From an uncultured Planctomycetaceae bacterium (GTDB lineage Bacteria; Planctomycetota; Planctomycetia; Isosphaerales; Isosphaeraceae), in the NCBI GenBank assembly GCA_963833985.1, contig CAWIAD010000002.1:3808001-3872000 (forward strand): 64,000 nt of DNA, written 5' to 3'. Below are positions 21,403 through 31,843 of the stretch, piece after piece. Under the pieces are notes generated by a model that saw only the letters and a list, made by a program, of their open reading frames with translations, was not told the origin of the DNA and searched no databases. Every line of letters starts with the position of its first letter. Positions within the stretch are counted from its first letter, which is position 1. Both the position numbers and the translations under genes were made by a program.

Positions 21403-22545
21403 TCAAAGTGCGGGACGTCCGGCGAGATACGCTCGCACAACCTGGACCGTGGCATTCTCCAGGAGCTCGGCAGCCCGTGCGATGGCCTCATCCAGGGAGA
21501 TCGGGCCGGGGCAAATGCTGAAGAAGGCGTCCACACCCTGGGCCAGGACCGCGTCGGCCCCCGGTCCGAGCGTCCCGGCAATGGCCAGCGTCGGGCATCC
21601 CAGGCTGCGCGCCAGCCGCGCGACGCCGACGGCCGTCTTGCCGAAAGCGCTCTGTGCATCGAGCGACCCCTCACCGGTGAGGCAGAGGTAGGAACTGCGA
21701 AGCCGCGCGCGGAGCTGCACGGCCTCGATCACGAGATCCACCCCTGGCTGAAGCTTGCCACCCGCGAAGGAGACAAGGCCTGCGCCCAGGCCTCCGGCGG
21801 CTCCCGCTCCCGGGAGGTCGCGAACCGAGACGCCCAGGTCGCGCCACACAATCCGGGCGAAGTGCTCGAGGTTGCGATCGAGCCGTTCGACGATCTCGGG
21901 CGTCGCTCCCTTCTGCGGTCCGTAGACGGCCGACGCCCCGTGTGCTCCGCACAGCGGGTTGGTCACGTCACAGGCGACGTAGATCGAAACCGAGCTCAGC
22001 AGGCGTGCGTCCGCGGGGGGCTCGATCCGATCCAGGCTGCCAAGCCCGCCTCCGCCCGGCTCAATCTCGCGGCCGTGAACGTCCAGGAGCCGGAAGCCGA
22101 GAGCCTGGCCCAGGCCCGCTCCGCCGTCGTTGGTGGCGCTGCCGCCGATCCCCACGATCACCCGCCGGGCGCCGGTCTCGAGCGCTTCGCGGAGGAGCTC
22201 GCCGGTTCCACGAGTCGTGGCACGCAGCGGATCGCGTGCGGTCACCGGAACCAGCCCGAGCCCGGAAGCGGAGGCCATTTCCAGGGCGGCGGTCCGGCCG
22301 TCGCCCAGCAGGCCGAAGGTGGCGCCGACAGGCTCCCCCAGCGGCCCGGTGACGGTGACCGCGCGAAAGCATCCACCCGTCGCCGCAACCAGCGCGGCGA
22401 CCGTCCCCTCGCCGCCGTCGGCCATGGGCACCCGGTCAAGCCGGGCGCGCGGGTCCACCCGGGCCACGCCGCGCGCCATCGCCTCGACCGCCTCCAGCGC
22501 CGTCAGGCTCCCCTTGAACTTATCCGGAGCAATCACGACCCGCAT
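21403..22545 (-). CDS. Glycerate kinase (GlxK/GarK family)
   Basis: APDKFKGSL, DGGEGT, GGSATNDGG, TGEGSLDAQS. Confidence 0.93.
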   Translation of the reverse strand: MRVVIAPDKFKGSLTALEAVEAMARGVARVDPRARLDRVPMADGGEGTVAALVAATGGCFRAVTVTGPLGEPVGATFGLLGDGRTAALEMASASGLGLVPVTARDPLRATTRGTGELLREALETGARRVIVGIGGSATNDGGAGLGQALGFRLLDVHGREIEPGGGGLGSLDRIEPPADARLLSSVSIYVACDVTNPLCGAHGASAVYGPQKGATPEIVERLDRNLEHFARIVWRDLGVSVRDLPGAGAAGGLGAGLVSFAGGKLQPGVDLVIEAVQLRARLRSSYLCLTGEGSLDAQSAFGKTAVGVARLARSLGCPTLAIAGTLGPGADAVLAQGVDAFFSICPGPISLDEAIARAAELLENATVQVVRAYLAGRPAL

Positions 22546-22850
22546 CGAGACCGGCCTCAAGAACTTCTGAGCGCGCACTCCACGCCGGAAAACACGCCGG
22601 CGTCTCATGTTAACATACAGGTGGCGGGGCAGCGGTTCCAACCCGCAGACGGGGACCGGCCCACGGTGGGTGGACTGGTACCGGCCCGTACACCCGGACC
22701 TGCGGCACCCGGGCGGAGGATTTCTGGAGCTGGTGGTGTTGCGTCACGGTTGCGACGTTCTAGGTTCTAGGATGAATGGGTCCGGAGCGCGGGAGAGTCG
22801 TGTGTCCACGGGATGAACGGCGGCTTCGGGATCCAGTGAATGTGGGAGTC

Positions 22851-24371
22851 ATGACGATGGATGCGCCGGTCCGCATGGTCTGTGGCGGTTGCTTGCGGAG
22901 CGTGGAGGTCTCAGTCGGGGCAGCCGGTGAATTCTCCAACGTGTGCCCCCACTGCGGCCGCGATATTGAGAGCAGGCAGGGCAGCACACTGACGGCATCG
23001 GCCGTTGCGGACGCGATGGAGGGACTGCTCGAAGCGGAGCCGAGCGCCGCGGACGGACCGGCCGGCTGGACGCAGACCTGGTGCCGGGGGTCGCTCGGTT
23101 CTCTGGGGCGGTTCCAGTTGCGAGAACGGCTGGGCGACGGCGGGTTCGGACAGGTGTACCTGGCGTTCGACCCCAGGCTCGATCGCGACGTGGCGCTCAA
23201 GGTGCTCAAGCAAGCCAACCCGAATGAGCGGGTCATGGAGCGGTTTTTCCGCGAGGCCAGGGCGGCGGCGCGGCTGGACCACCCCAACATCGTGGCCGTG
23301 CATGACGCCGGGTTCGATGCCGGACGCTGCTGGGTCGCGTTCCATTTCGTCAGCGGCCGGCCCCTGGGCTGGTATCGCGAACAGCACCGCCTTGACCCGC
23401 CGACGGCCGCCCGCATCCTGCGCGACCTGGCCGACGCGGTCGACCATGCCCACCACCAGGGAGTCCTCCACCGCGACATCAAGCCGGCCAACGTCCTGAT
23501 CGATGACCTGGGCCGTCCGCGGCTGATCGATTTCGGACTGGCCCGGCGCTCCGACCTGGATTCCAGCCTGACGCACGATGGGGCGGTCGTGGGCACCCCG
23601 GCCTACATGAGCCCTGAGCAGGCCCTGGGCTTCAGCCGGCAGGTCGACGAGCGGAGTGACGTCTTCAGTCTGGGCGTGATCTTCTTCGAGGTTCTGAGCG
23701 GCCAGCGGCCCTATCCATGTCCCACGGCGAGCGGCATGGCGGAGGGATCCGGCGAACCGGTTCCCGTTCCCGGCAAATGTCCGCCGCCCCCTTCGGTCCG
23801 GGTCCTTCAGCCGGCGGTTCCCGGCGCGCTCGACCGCATCTGCATGCGCGCCATCGCCCGGGACCCCAAGGACCGTTACGCTTCGGCCCGAGCGCTCGCC
23901 GACGACCTGGACCGGTGGCTGCTCCGGCACAGGCTGGGCCGGGTGCGGCTCTCCATCCCGGTGACCACGATGATCCTCGGGCTGGCGGCCGCCCTGCTCC
24001 TGGTCATCGGCGTCCGCACCGCTCTGGGGCCGCGGTACGAGGCTCCCCGATCGGCAGAGCAAGCCGTTCAGACCGCCGTGGAGAACGTGGCTCCGGCCCC
24101 GGCACTGGAACCGGCTCCGGCACTGGAACCGGCCCGGGCGGCACCGCGCACGCGTTCCAGCCAGGCCAATCCCCAGGCCACCCAGCTCATCGGCAACCCC
24201 AGCAAGGGCCGCTATCACCTTTCCACGTGCGCCGATATCCAGTTCATGAACCCCTCCAACAAGGTGCTGCTGCGCGATGCCGAGGAGGCACGCCGGGAGG
24301 GGCTCCAGCCTTGTGCCCATTGCCGGCCTCCCGTCTCGACCGAAGAATCGGGCGCTCCAGGAGACCCCTGA
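22851..24371 (+). CDS. Hanks-type Ser/Thr kinase with N-terminal zinc ribbon, TM helix and C-terminal Ada-like metal-binding domain
   Basis: CGGC..CPHC; GDGGFG, VALK, HRDIKPAN, DFG, GTPAYMSPEQ; TM; YHLSTC...PCAHC. Confidence 0.9.
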   Translation: MTMDAPVRMVCGGCLRSVEVSVGAAGEFSNVCPHCGRDIESRQGSTLTASAVADAMEGLLEAEPSAADGPAGWTQTWCRGSLGSLGRFQLRERLGDGGFGQVYLAFDPRLDRDVALKVLKQANPNERVMERFFREARAAARLDHPNIVAVHDAGFDAGRCWVAFHFVSGRPLGWYREQHRLDPPTAARILRDLADAVDHAHHQGVLHRDIKPANVLIDDLGRPRLIDFGLARRSDLDSSLTHDGAVVGTPAYMSPEQALGFSRQVDERSDVFSLGVIFFEVLSGQRPYPCPTASGMAEGSGEPVPVPGKCPPPPSVRVLQPAVPGALDRICMRAIARDPKDRYASARALADDLDRWLLRHRLGRVRLSIPVTTMILGLAAALLLVIGVRTALGPRYEAPRSAEQAVQTAVENVAPAPALEPAPALEPARAAPRTRSSQANPQATQLIGNPSKGRYHLSTCADIQFMNPSNKVLLRDAEEARREGLQPCAHCRPPVSTEESGAPGDP

Positions 24372-24457
24372 GCCGAAGCTTGTCGGGGAAAACGGATCGG
24401 CCGTACAATGAGCCCGTGCCTCGAGCCAGTCACTCCACTCGACGACGGGAGCCAGCA

Positions 24458-25405
24458 ATGTCCCAGGAGCCTTCCCTGACCGCACCCCCAATCGATCCGT
24501 CGCGCCGCACCCTCGGGCCGACGCCGCGGCCGGCGGAGCCAAGGCAAGGGCAGGGGCAAGGGCACGGACCGCGCCCGGGTCCTGCCGCGGAGGTACCCGC
24601 GAGCCTGGTCCCCGAGACCGGCTGGCATTTCCTGCACCTGTTCTACCGGGTCGACCGGCAGCGGCTGCGCGACTTCTCCGAGGAAGAAACGCAGGCCGGC
24701 CGCAAGGAGCTCATCGAGGCTCTCGGGACACGAATTCCCGGAGCGCTGGAGCAGCTTCAGTGCTTCGCGATTCCCGGGCACAAGGCCGATTTCGGGGTGA
24801 TGATGGCGGGGCCGGACCTCAGGCTCCTGCACGGCGTGCAGACGGCCTTGCAGGCCTCGACACTTGGCCCTGCGCTTGTGCCGGTGTACTCGTTCTACTC
24901 GATCACCGAGGTCTCCGAATACGTTCCCGACGCCGAGGAGTATGGGCGGATCCTGCGCGAGCGCGAGCAGATGGACCCGGAGAGCAGCCTGTACAGGGCC
25001 AAGGTCGACGCCTACGCCGAGCGCCTCGTGCCCATGAATCGGCAGCGGCTTTATCCCGATTTTCCCGACTGGCCCTGCCTCTGCTTCTACCCCATGAGCA
25101 AGATGCGCCAGCACGACCAGAACTGGTACTTGCTGCCGTTCGAGTCACGGTCGGAGCTGATGTCCCAGCACGGCCGGAGCGGCATGAAGTTCGCCGGCCG
25201 CGTCACGCAGGTGATCACCGCGTCCACCGGTCTGGACAACTGGGAGTGGGGCGTGACGCTCTGGGCGCGCAATCCGCAGTTCCTCAAGGACATCGTTTAC
25301 ACGATGCGATTCGACGAGAGCTCGGCGCGGTATGCCCTCTTCGGCGAGTTCTACTTCGGCTACATCCTGCCGCCTGCCGAGCTCTTCGAGGCGATCCGGC
25401 TGTGA
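24458..25405 (+). CDS. hemQ: Coproheme decarboxylase / chlorite dismutase family (HemQ/ChdC)
   Basis: GHKADF, CFYPMSK, NWY, HG..G, STGLDNWEWGVTL, MRFDESSARYA. Confidence 0.85.
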   Translation: MSQEPSLTAPPIDPSRRTLGPTPRPAEPRQGQGQGHGPRPGPAAEVPASLVPETGWHFLHLFYRVDRQRLRDFSEEETQAGRKELIEALGTRIPGALEQLQCFAIPGHKADFGVMMAGPDLRLLHGVQTALQASTLGPALVPVYSFYSITEVSEYVPDAEEYGRILREREQMDPESSLYRAKVDAYAERLVPMNRQRLYPDFPDWPCLCFYPMSKMRQHDQNWYLLPFESRSELMSQHGRSGMKFAGRVTQVITASTGLDNWEWGVTLWARNPQFLKDIVYTMRFDESSARYALFGEFYFGYILPPAELFEAIRL

Positions 25406-26009
25406 ACCTCCAGGAAACGGGGCGACGCGAGCCGGCCGAGCTGGTGCTGGCGAGCACCTCGGCCTATCGCCGGGAACTGCTGGCGCGGCTGGGCCTTCCG
25501 TTTCGTTGCGCTGCACCTCGGTTCGACGAGGACTCGATGGCCAGGGCCGGCAGGTCGCCCCGCGCCTCGCCGAGGCACTGGCGGAAGCCAAGGCGGCCAG
25601 CATCGAGGTTCTGGAGCCGGGGGCCGTCGTCGTGGGTTGCGACCAGCTCGCCGCCCTGGATGGCCGGATCCTCGGCAAGCCCGGAACCCTTGAAAAGGCC
25701 GCAGCCCAGCTCGAGGCCCTCGCCGGCCGCACCCATGAGCTGATCACGGCACTGGTCGTGCTGCATGCGGGGCAGGTGCTCCGCCACACCGACGTCACGA
25801 GGCTGCACATGCGGCCGCTGACACGCCTGGAGATCGAACGCTACCTGGCGCACGACCGCCCGATCGACTGCGCGGGAAGCTACAAGCTGGAGCAGAGAGG
25901 GATCGTCCTCTTCGAGAACATCGAAAGCGCGGATCACTCGGCGATTACCGGCCTTCCCCTCATTCGACTGACGAGCATGCTGCGCGGCCTTGGCTTTCCC
26001 GTACCATGA
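25402..26009 (+). CDS. maf: Maf/YceF family nucleotide pyrophosphatase (frameshift near 25562)
   Basis: LVLASTSAYRRELL, GCDQ, ILGKP, CAGSYKLE, ITGLP. Confidence 0.85.
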
Positions 26010-26455
26010 ACGAACGAGAGCCTCTGGATGCCGGCGCCGCCGCCCGGTTCACGGCTCGTCGTCTTCTCCGGGGGTGCGGCGCGCAGGCCGAGCACGCGCT
26101 CGATGGCGCGCACCAGCTTCTCCATGGCGAATGGTTTGCGGATGTAGTCGCGAACGCCGAGCATCTCGGCATACGCGCGATGCCGGCTTCCCTCATTGCC
26201 GGTGATCATGATCGTGGGAATGAGACCGCCCGGGCGGCTCTTGAGCTTTTCGAGGACCAGGAATCCGCTCTTCTTGGGCATCATCATGTCGAGGATGAGC
26301 AGATCGGGATTCTCCCGTTCGGCCACCATCAAGCCGGAATTGCCGTCGCGCGCCACAAGGATTCGGTAGCCTTTGTTCTCGAGCACGGTGCGCATGGATT
26401 CGACAATCTCGTGATCGTCATCGACCAGGAGGATAGTCTTTGAGTGAGGAGGCAT
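25934..26455 (-). CDS. Single-domain response regulator
   Basis: ILLVDDD, DLLILDMMMP, ITG, YIRKPF; the C-terminal extension overlapping maf is doubtful. Confidence 0.88.
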   Translation of the reverse strand: MPPHSKTILLVDDDHEIVESMRTVLENKGYRILVARDGNSGLMVAERENPDLLILDMMMPKKSGFLVLEKLKSRPGGLIPTIMITGNEGSRHRAYAEMLGVRDYIRKPFAMEKLVRAIERVLGLRAAPPEKTTSREPGGGAGIQRLSFVHGTGKPRPRSMLVSRMRGRPVIAE

Positions 26456-27113
26456 GGCGTGGTTCCCTGAGGCCGCGGTTCGCAATGGAAATGCTTGCGG
26501 ACAACCAAAACTTCATCGTATGTTCTTGGCCCGCGGCGAGCAAGGGGGCCTCGTTCCAGGCTCAGGATCGATCGGGAGCGACCATCTCAGCCAGCGCGAG
26601 AGTGCCAGCGGGCTGTCGCGCCGCGGATGAGGTTCACGAACTCGCGGCGATGATGAGGCATTCTGGACCGGCGCGACGGCTTCCCCCGGCCCCCAACCAC
26701 GCGGGAACCTGGAGAGCCTCGCACCCAACTTGTCTGCCGCCGGGCGCCTGCCCGGACGAGCCTGGCAGTCACGAAGATTCGTTTCGCGCAGGCGCGTCAC
26801 CCGGATGATCGTGCCGCCGGACCCGCCATGCACCTGGGAAGACGCCGATCACGGAGCTGCTGGCCGGGAGGTGCCGCGGCCAGTTCCCACTCAGCGGGGA
26901 GGTCGTCTCAATCTGGAAATTCGACGAGGCGTGGCAGCCCCGGCGCGGGCGATTGCGTGCGCGGAACAAGCTTGCCCTCTTCCACGCCCCGGGGCCACGC
27001 TGCATAATACGTATTGATGAATTGTGCTGGCAGTGCGAGCAGGGTCGTGAGCGGGCGAAGCAACTTGGTGCCGGCGAGTTTTCCGGGGCCGGAAGAGAAA
27101 GGAATGGGGTGCG

Positions 27114-28226
27114 ATGAGAGCTTGGATCCATTGGTCGGCAAGCCTCGGCCTCGCCGTGTCTTGCGTGGTGTTCACGGGTTGCGGAGGGAGTGACGTTCCC
27201 GATCCGGGGTCGGACAGCCAGGCTGCCAGCGATGCGGTGCCTGAATCGGGTGGCGCACCGGCTCCCGCACCGGCGGTGGCAGCACCCGCGCCGGCTGTGG
27301 CCCAGAGGCCGGCCCCGGCCGCTCCAGCGGCCAAGGAAGCGGCGGCGGATGAGCCAACTTCGTCCGAGGCCGCGCCGGCGGCGAAGGCGGAAGGCGGTTC
27401 CGCGACCGCCGAGATGCTGGCGATGGCGACCGGCGGGCCGCAGCCTGCTGGGGGTGGAGCGCAAGCACCGGCGGCCGGAGGAAGTACCCCCCCGGCGTCG
27501 CCCCCTGGCGCGGCCGCGCCTCCCGCTCAGGCACCTCAACCCGGCGGCGGAACAGGTTCCACCCCTCCCGGTGCGGCCGGGCAGGGGGGAATGGCCGGTT
27601 ATGCTGAATCCATGCGATCACAGAGTAGCGGAGGGGGCGGCATGAACAGCTATGCCGACGCCATGCGCTCCCGGGGCGCCGGCTCAGGATCTGGCTACCC
27701 GACGGCTCCTGGCGGGGCAGGCGTGCGCTCCGGCGGCGCGCCCACCGCGGCCGGGGCCGGGGCCATGGGCGGGGCAGGCGGGGCAGGCGGGGCAGGTGAT
27801 GTGAGCAAACCAGGCGATACGCGTACGCCCCGGGGCGCCGTCCAAGCCTTTCTGAACGCTCTGAAAGCCAAGGACCGGGATCGCCTGGCCGAAGCCACGG
27901 CCTTACGGTCGCAGACCGAGGCAAGCAGCGAGAAGTCCAAGGAACTCTTCGCCAAGATCGTCGACTCCAGTATCTCGGATGCCGAGCTCGACGAACTGGC
28001 CAAGCGGTTCGACGGCTACAAGATTGGCGGCGAAAACGCGGTCCATAGTACCGGCCGCCTCGGGATTTATGTTGACAAACGCAGCGAAGAGGGAAGCACC
28101 CTCCGCGTCACGCTGATGGTGCGCAAGGAGAAAAAGGGCTGGGGAGTCGTGGATATCGGCCACTCTTACGAATTCAAGCCCATGGGAATGGCGCGGCGGA
28201 AACCGGCGGCCAAGCCTGGCAATTGA
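27114..28226 (+). CDS. Putative lipoprotein with Ala/Gly/Pro-rich linker and small C-terminal domain
   Basis: Lipobox-like FTGC after a hydrophobic stretch; purine-rich RBS. Confidence 0.7.
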   Translation: MRAWIHWSASLGLAVSCVVFTGCGGSDVPDPGSDSQAASDAVPESGGAPAPAPAVAAPAPAVAQRPAPAAPAAKEAAADEPTSSEAAPAAKAEGGSATAEMLAMATGGPQPAGGGAQAPAAGGSTPPASPPGAAAPPAQAPQPGGGTGSTPPGAAGQGGMAGYAESMRSQSSGGGGMNSYADAMRSRGAGSGSGYPTAPGGAGVRSGGAPTAAGAGAMGGAGGAGGAGDVSKPGDTRTPRGAVQAFLNALKAKDRDRLAEATALRSQTEASSEKSKELFAKIVDSSISDAELDELAKRFDGYKIGGENAVHSTGRLGIYVDKRSEEGSTLRVTLMVRKEKKGWGVVDIGHSYEFKPMGMARRKPAAKPGN

Positions 28227-28283
28227 CCGATCCCAGGTGCCGGATCTCAAGCCGGCACGGCATTTTGAAAGAACGTCCTCTGT

Positions 28284-28331
28284 AAAAACTCCAAGCCGCC
28301 CCGAAAAAAATGGGCGGCGCGGAGTTTTTTT
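28284..28331. terminator. Intrinsic terminator, possibly bidirectional
   Basis: AAAAACTCC..GCCGCCC / GGGCGGC..GGAGTTTTTTT stem-loop after 27114-28226. Confidence 0.7.
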
Positions 28332-28505
28332 CTCAAGTTTTCGCCTTGAACGGCCGGCCCAGGAGTCGACTTCGGCCGGTTTGCGGGTTTGGTACGGGGG
28401 ATGCTACTTGTAGATGCCGTTCGCCGGCGCAGCGACCTCGCCTGATCGCGACGCCGTCACCATCGTTCTTCCCACGCAGGAACCAAGGAAGGAGCCTGTC
28501 TGGCC

Positions 28506-28820
28506 ATGTTCTCATCCCGGATCGATCTCTGCGCGGTGCTCGAGGTACTCGTGGTCTTCTTCCAGGTGTGCGGCATCATGGGCCTCTGCCTGAGCCGGCT
28601 CATGCCGCGGTCGGCCTGGTCGTATCGCGGCAAGATCGGCTTCATCGTCGCGCTTTTCGGGCTCGGCATCGCCGGCGCGCTCTGCGGCCGGCACGACTCG
28701 GAGTTTGCCCTCTTCGCCGGTGGAACCATGACGGTTCTCCTCATCGGCATGACCATGGGACGCAGCGTGATCGACGCAACCGAACCGCCCCCCGCCTGCA
28801 TGCAAGGGAAGGCCGCATAG
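28506..28820 (+). CDS. Small membrane protein (about 3 TM helices)
   Basis: 104-aa hydrophobic ORF with AGGAG RBS and downstream terminator. Confidence 0.7.
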   Translation: MFSSRIDLCAVLEVLVVFFQVCGIMGLCLSRLMPRSAWSYRGKIGFIVALFGLGIAGALCGRHDSEFALFAGGTMTVLLIGMTMGRSVIDATEPPPACMQGKAA

Positions 28821-28875
28821 ATTGTCTGCGACTGACTTGCCGACGTAAGTGCCCGTGACACATGAGGCTGAATCC

Positions 28876-28905
28876 ATCGGGGTGAAAACACCCCGATTTT
28901 TTTTT
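28876..28905 (+). terminator. Intrinsic terminator
   Basis: ATCGGGGTG-AAAA-CACCCCGAT followed by a T run. Confidence 0.8.
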
Positions 28906-29203
28906 GCCCGCGATTTGACGGCCCCCAAAACGCGCGCCATAGTTTCGCGACGTCATTGACGCAGCGGACTGCCGCGCCAGCGCTCCTGCCACCTTGCCGC
29001 ACATCTCGGAGCAGTTGGTCCCTGCGCGACACGTCTCGCAATGGTCGCGAGTTCCGGCCGGATTCTTTCCGCGGTTCCCGCCCGGCATTGTGAGACATTC
29101 ATCGACCGTCACGACGGACCATACTCCGACCCGAACGACGCGTCCCGCTCGCCGTTCGTCCTGAGGTCGAGTCGGATTTCTGCGGGAGAAGGAATACCCA
29201 AAG

Positions 29204-29965
29204 ATGGTTGGACTGAAACGGATTTCAACCGTGGTCGGTCTTCTGGCCGTGACGGCCTCGGCGGCACTGGCCCAGGAGACCGTCGTCAATCCGAACCAGA
29301 CAACGGCCAACTCGGTGGCCAGCGCGCTGCTGGAGAGCCGAACCCTGTCCGGTTCGCGGATCGAGATCGAGGCGCAAGGCGGGCTGGTCACGCTCAACGG
29401 CCAGCTTTCCTCTCCCACACTCAAGGCCGAGGCGGTTGCGCGTGCTCGCAACGTTGCCGGAGTCCAGGGTGTGGTCGACCGTCTCCAGGTGGCCGATCGG
29501 ACCGTTCGCCCTGCCCAGTACCAGCCCCAGCTGGCCCTCGGCCATGGCCACAACCGCTACACCGACGGTGGCATGATCACGGAAGGCACGCCGGTGGGCT
29601 CCACCGGAACGATGGGTGCTCCGGTGAGCGGAGGCTCCGCGGGCGGGTTCGTGAGCGACGGAGGCCCACTCCCCGAAGGTCCGGCCGGCGGCGGTGCTGG
29701 CGGCGCAGGAGCCATGCAAGGCAATCCCAACTATGCCTGGCCGAGCTATGCTCCTTACCCCAACTTCTCCGCGGTGGGCTACCCGACTGCTTACCCCTGG
29801 CAAGCCTGGCCCAACATCGGACCGTTCTACCCCTACCCCGAAGTGCCGCAGGACTGGCGTGCCGTGACCCTGCGGTGGGATGACGGCATCTGGTGGCTCG
29901 ACTTCAAGAAGAACTACACCCGGCCGTTCTTCGTTCCGTATCCCTTTGGTATCTTCGCCTACTGA
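29204..29965 (+). CDS. BON domain protein with aromatic/Pro-rich C-terminus
   Basis: Signal peptide; GLVTLNG...VAGVQGVVDRL BON motif; YAWPSYAPYP...WDDGIWWLDF. Confidence 0.8.
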   Translation: MVGLKRISTVVGLLAVTASAALAQETVVNPNQTTANSVASALLESRTLSGSRIEIEAQGGLVTLNGQLSSPTLKAEAVARARNVAGVQGVVDRLQVADRTVRPAQYQPQLALGHGHNRYTDGGMITEGTPVGSTGTMGAPVSGGSAGGFVSDGGPLPEGPAGGGAGGAGAMQGNPNYAWPSYAPYPNFSAVGYPTAYPWQAWPNIGPFYPYPEVPQDWRAVTLRWDDGIWWLDFKKNYTRPFFVPYPFGIFAY

Positions 29966-30205
29966 GCTGAGCCAACGTGCTGAGGCCATCCGAGCCAGGG
30001 CGGCCTTCCTCCACCTGACGACGCAGCATGCAGCCGGTCCGGGGATTCCCGGCCGGCTGCCTGTTTTCCCGCCCGGCCCCGTCGCCGGAGTGCCCGTCTG
30101 CCTGCCTTGCGTGCAGAGACTCCGGGACCCAACGGCAGCAAGTGAGGTACAATCGCTTCTGAATCGCGTGCTTCCGCCATGCCCCACCTGGAGAGAGCCA
30201 CAGGA

Positions 30206-31674
30206 ATGATAAGCATGTGGAATCACGCGCGGTGGTACGTGCGTGAAGTGCTGGCCGCGGTGCTGTTCTTGCTGGCCGCGGGAATCGGCCTGTCGCTCTA
30301 CTACTCGCAGCGTCCGTCGTTCCGGAAAGAGCTGCTCATCACCGGCGGAAGCGCCGGCGGCTCGCGCGCTCAGATTGCCTTGTGCCTGGCCAGAGTGGCC
30401 AGGGTTGACGGGCTCAGGCTCAGGGTTGTAGATTGCGAGGGCTCCAAGCAGGCGCTCGAGTGGCTCGACCGTGGCCAGCTGGACCTGGCGCTGGTGCAAG
30501 GTGGTCTTGACCCGGAAGCCTATCCACATGTTCGCCAGGTGGCGGCACTTCATGTCGAGCCGCTCCATCTGCTCGTGAAGCCGGCACGGTATCAATCCAC
30601 GCGCGAACATCTGGCGAGTCTGCGAGGAGCCATGGTCAATCTCAGCACCCCGGAGAGCGGCACTCATGATCTGGCTCTCGAGGTGCTCAGGTTCGCCGGG
30701 CTCCGGCCGCGCATGCCTGATGGCACGGGGGACTTCGCCGTCTCCAGCTTGAGCTATCAAGAGATCCGCGAGCAAGCCGACCCGGGCAAGCTCCCGGATG
30801 CGGTCTTCACGGTGTCGGACCTGCCTTCTCCGGTGGCCCATCTTCTGGTCTCCAGACACCACTTCCAGCTTGTGCCTTTGCCTTTTGGTGAAGCCTTCGC
30901 CCTGGGTAATTTCGGAGATCGGCAGCGGGAGCGCATGGGCGATGACGTCGCCGACATCACGCGGTTCACGATCTACCCGACCGTGATTCCACCGTTCACC
31001 TACGGGATCGATGCTCCCTGTCCGGCGGAGCCGCTGGCCACTTTCGGACCGCGGCTCCTGCTCGTCGCGCAGCAGTCAGTTCCCCCCCACGCTGTGCGGC
31101 TGGTGCTGGAAACGCTTCTCTCCAGCAGGTTCGCGCCGTATTACCACCCGATCCTGGATCCCAGCCTGCTGGACGCCCCGCCCGAGTATCCCTGGCATGC
31201 CGGGACAGACGAGTATCGTCAGTACCACAAGCCCGTGCTTGCCGGTGAGGTGGTCGACTTGATGGAAAAGGCCACCAGCCTCACCGGAGCCGTTCTGGCG
31301 CTCTTTTCTTCCTGTGGCAGTGGCTCCGCCAGTACGTGCGCCGCAAGCGGGAGCTGGGCTTCGAGTCGTACATGCTGAAGGTGGCCGAGATCGAGCAGAA
31401 AGCACTCGCGCTCGAAGTGCAGTCGATGCTCAACCTGAAGGAGCTGCTCGAGCTCCAGCTCGAGCTCGGCCGGATCAAGAACGAGGCAATTTCCCGGTTC
31501 GCCTCCGGCAAGCTGGAAGGCGAGGCATTGATCTCGGGTTTTGTCACGCATGTGAATGACGCCCGAAGCCATCTTACCCGGTTGATCCTGCACGAGCGTG
31601 ACAACCTGGAGACGCGGGCCCAATCGCAGCAGCGACCCGCGCAGGAGCTGTGGACGGAAACGCTGCGCCAGTGA
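30206..31674 (+). CDS. TAXI-type solute-binding protein with C-terminal TM and helical domain (frameshift near 31300)
   Basis: GS..AL..L..GQLDLALVQGG, LHVEPLHLLV, SGT, PWHAG; frame continues in 31336-31674. Confidence 0.75.
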
Positions 31675-31843
31675 GCTGCCCGGGACCATGGCCCTCTCGG
31701 CAAAGCTCCGGGACCGTCGAGCGCCGCTCGCTTTTCAACCGGAGTGCTTGCTGAAGCCTGAGCCAGCGATCAAACTGGATGCGGATCGCCGGTTCGATGC
31801 ATGCCAGAGCACGGAAGAACTGGCGGCCAGAGGAGCCAGGGGC

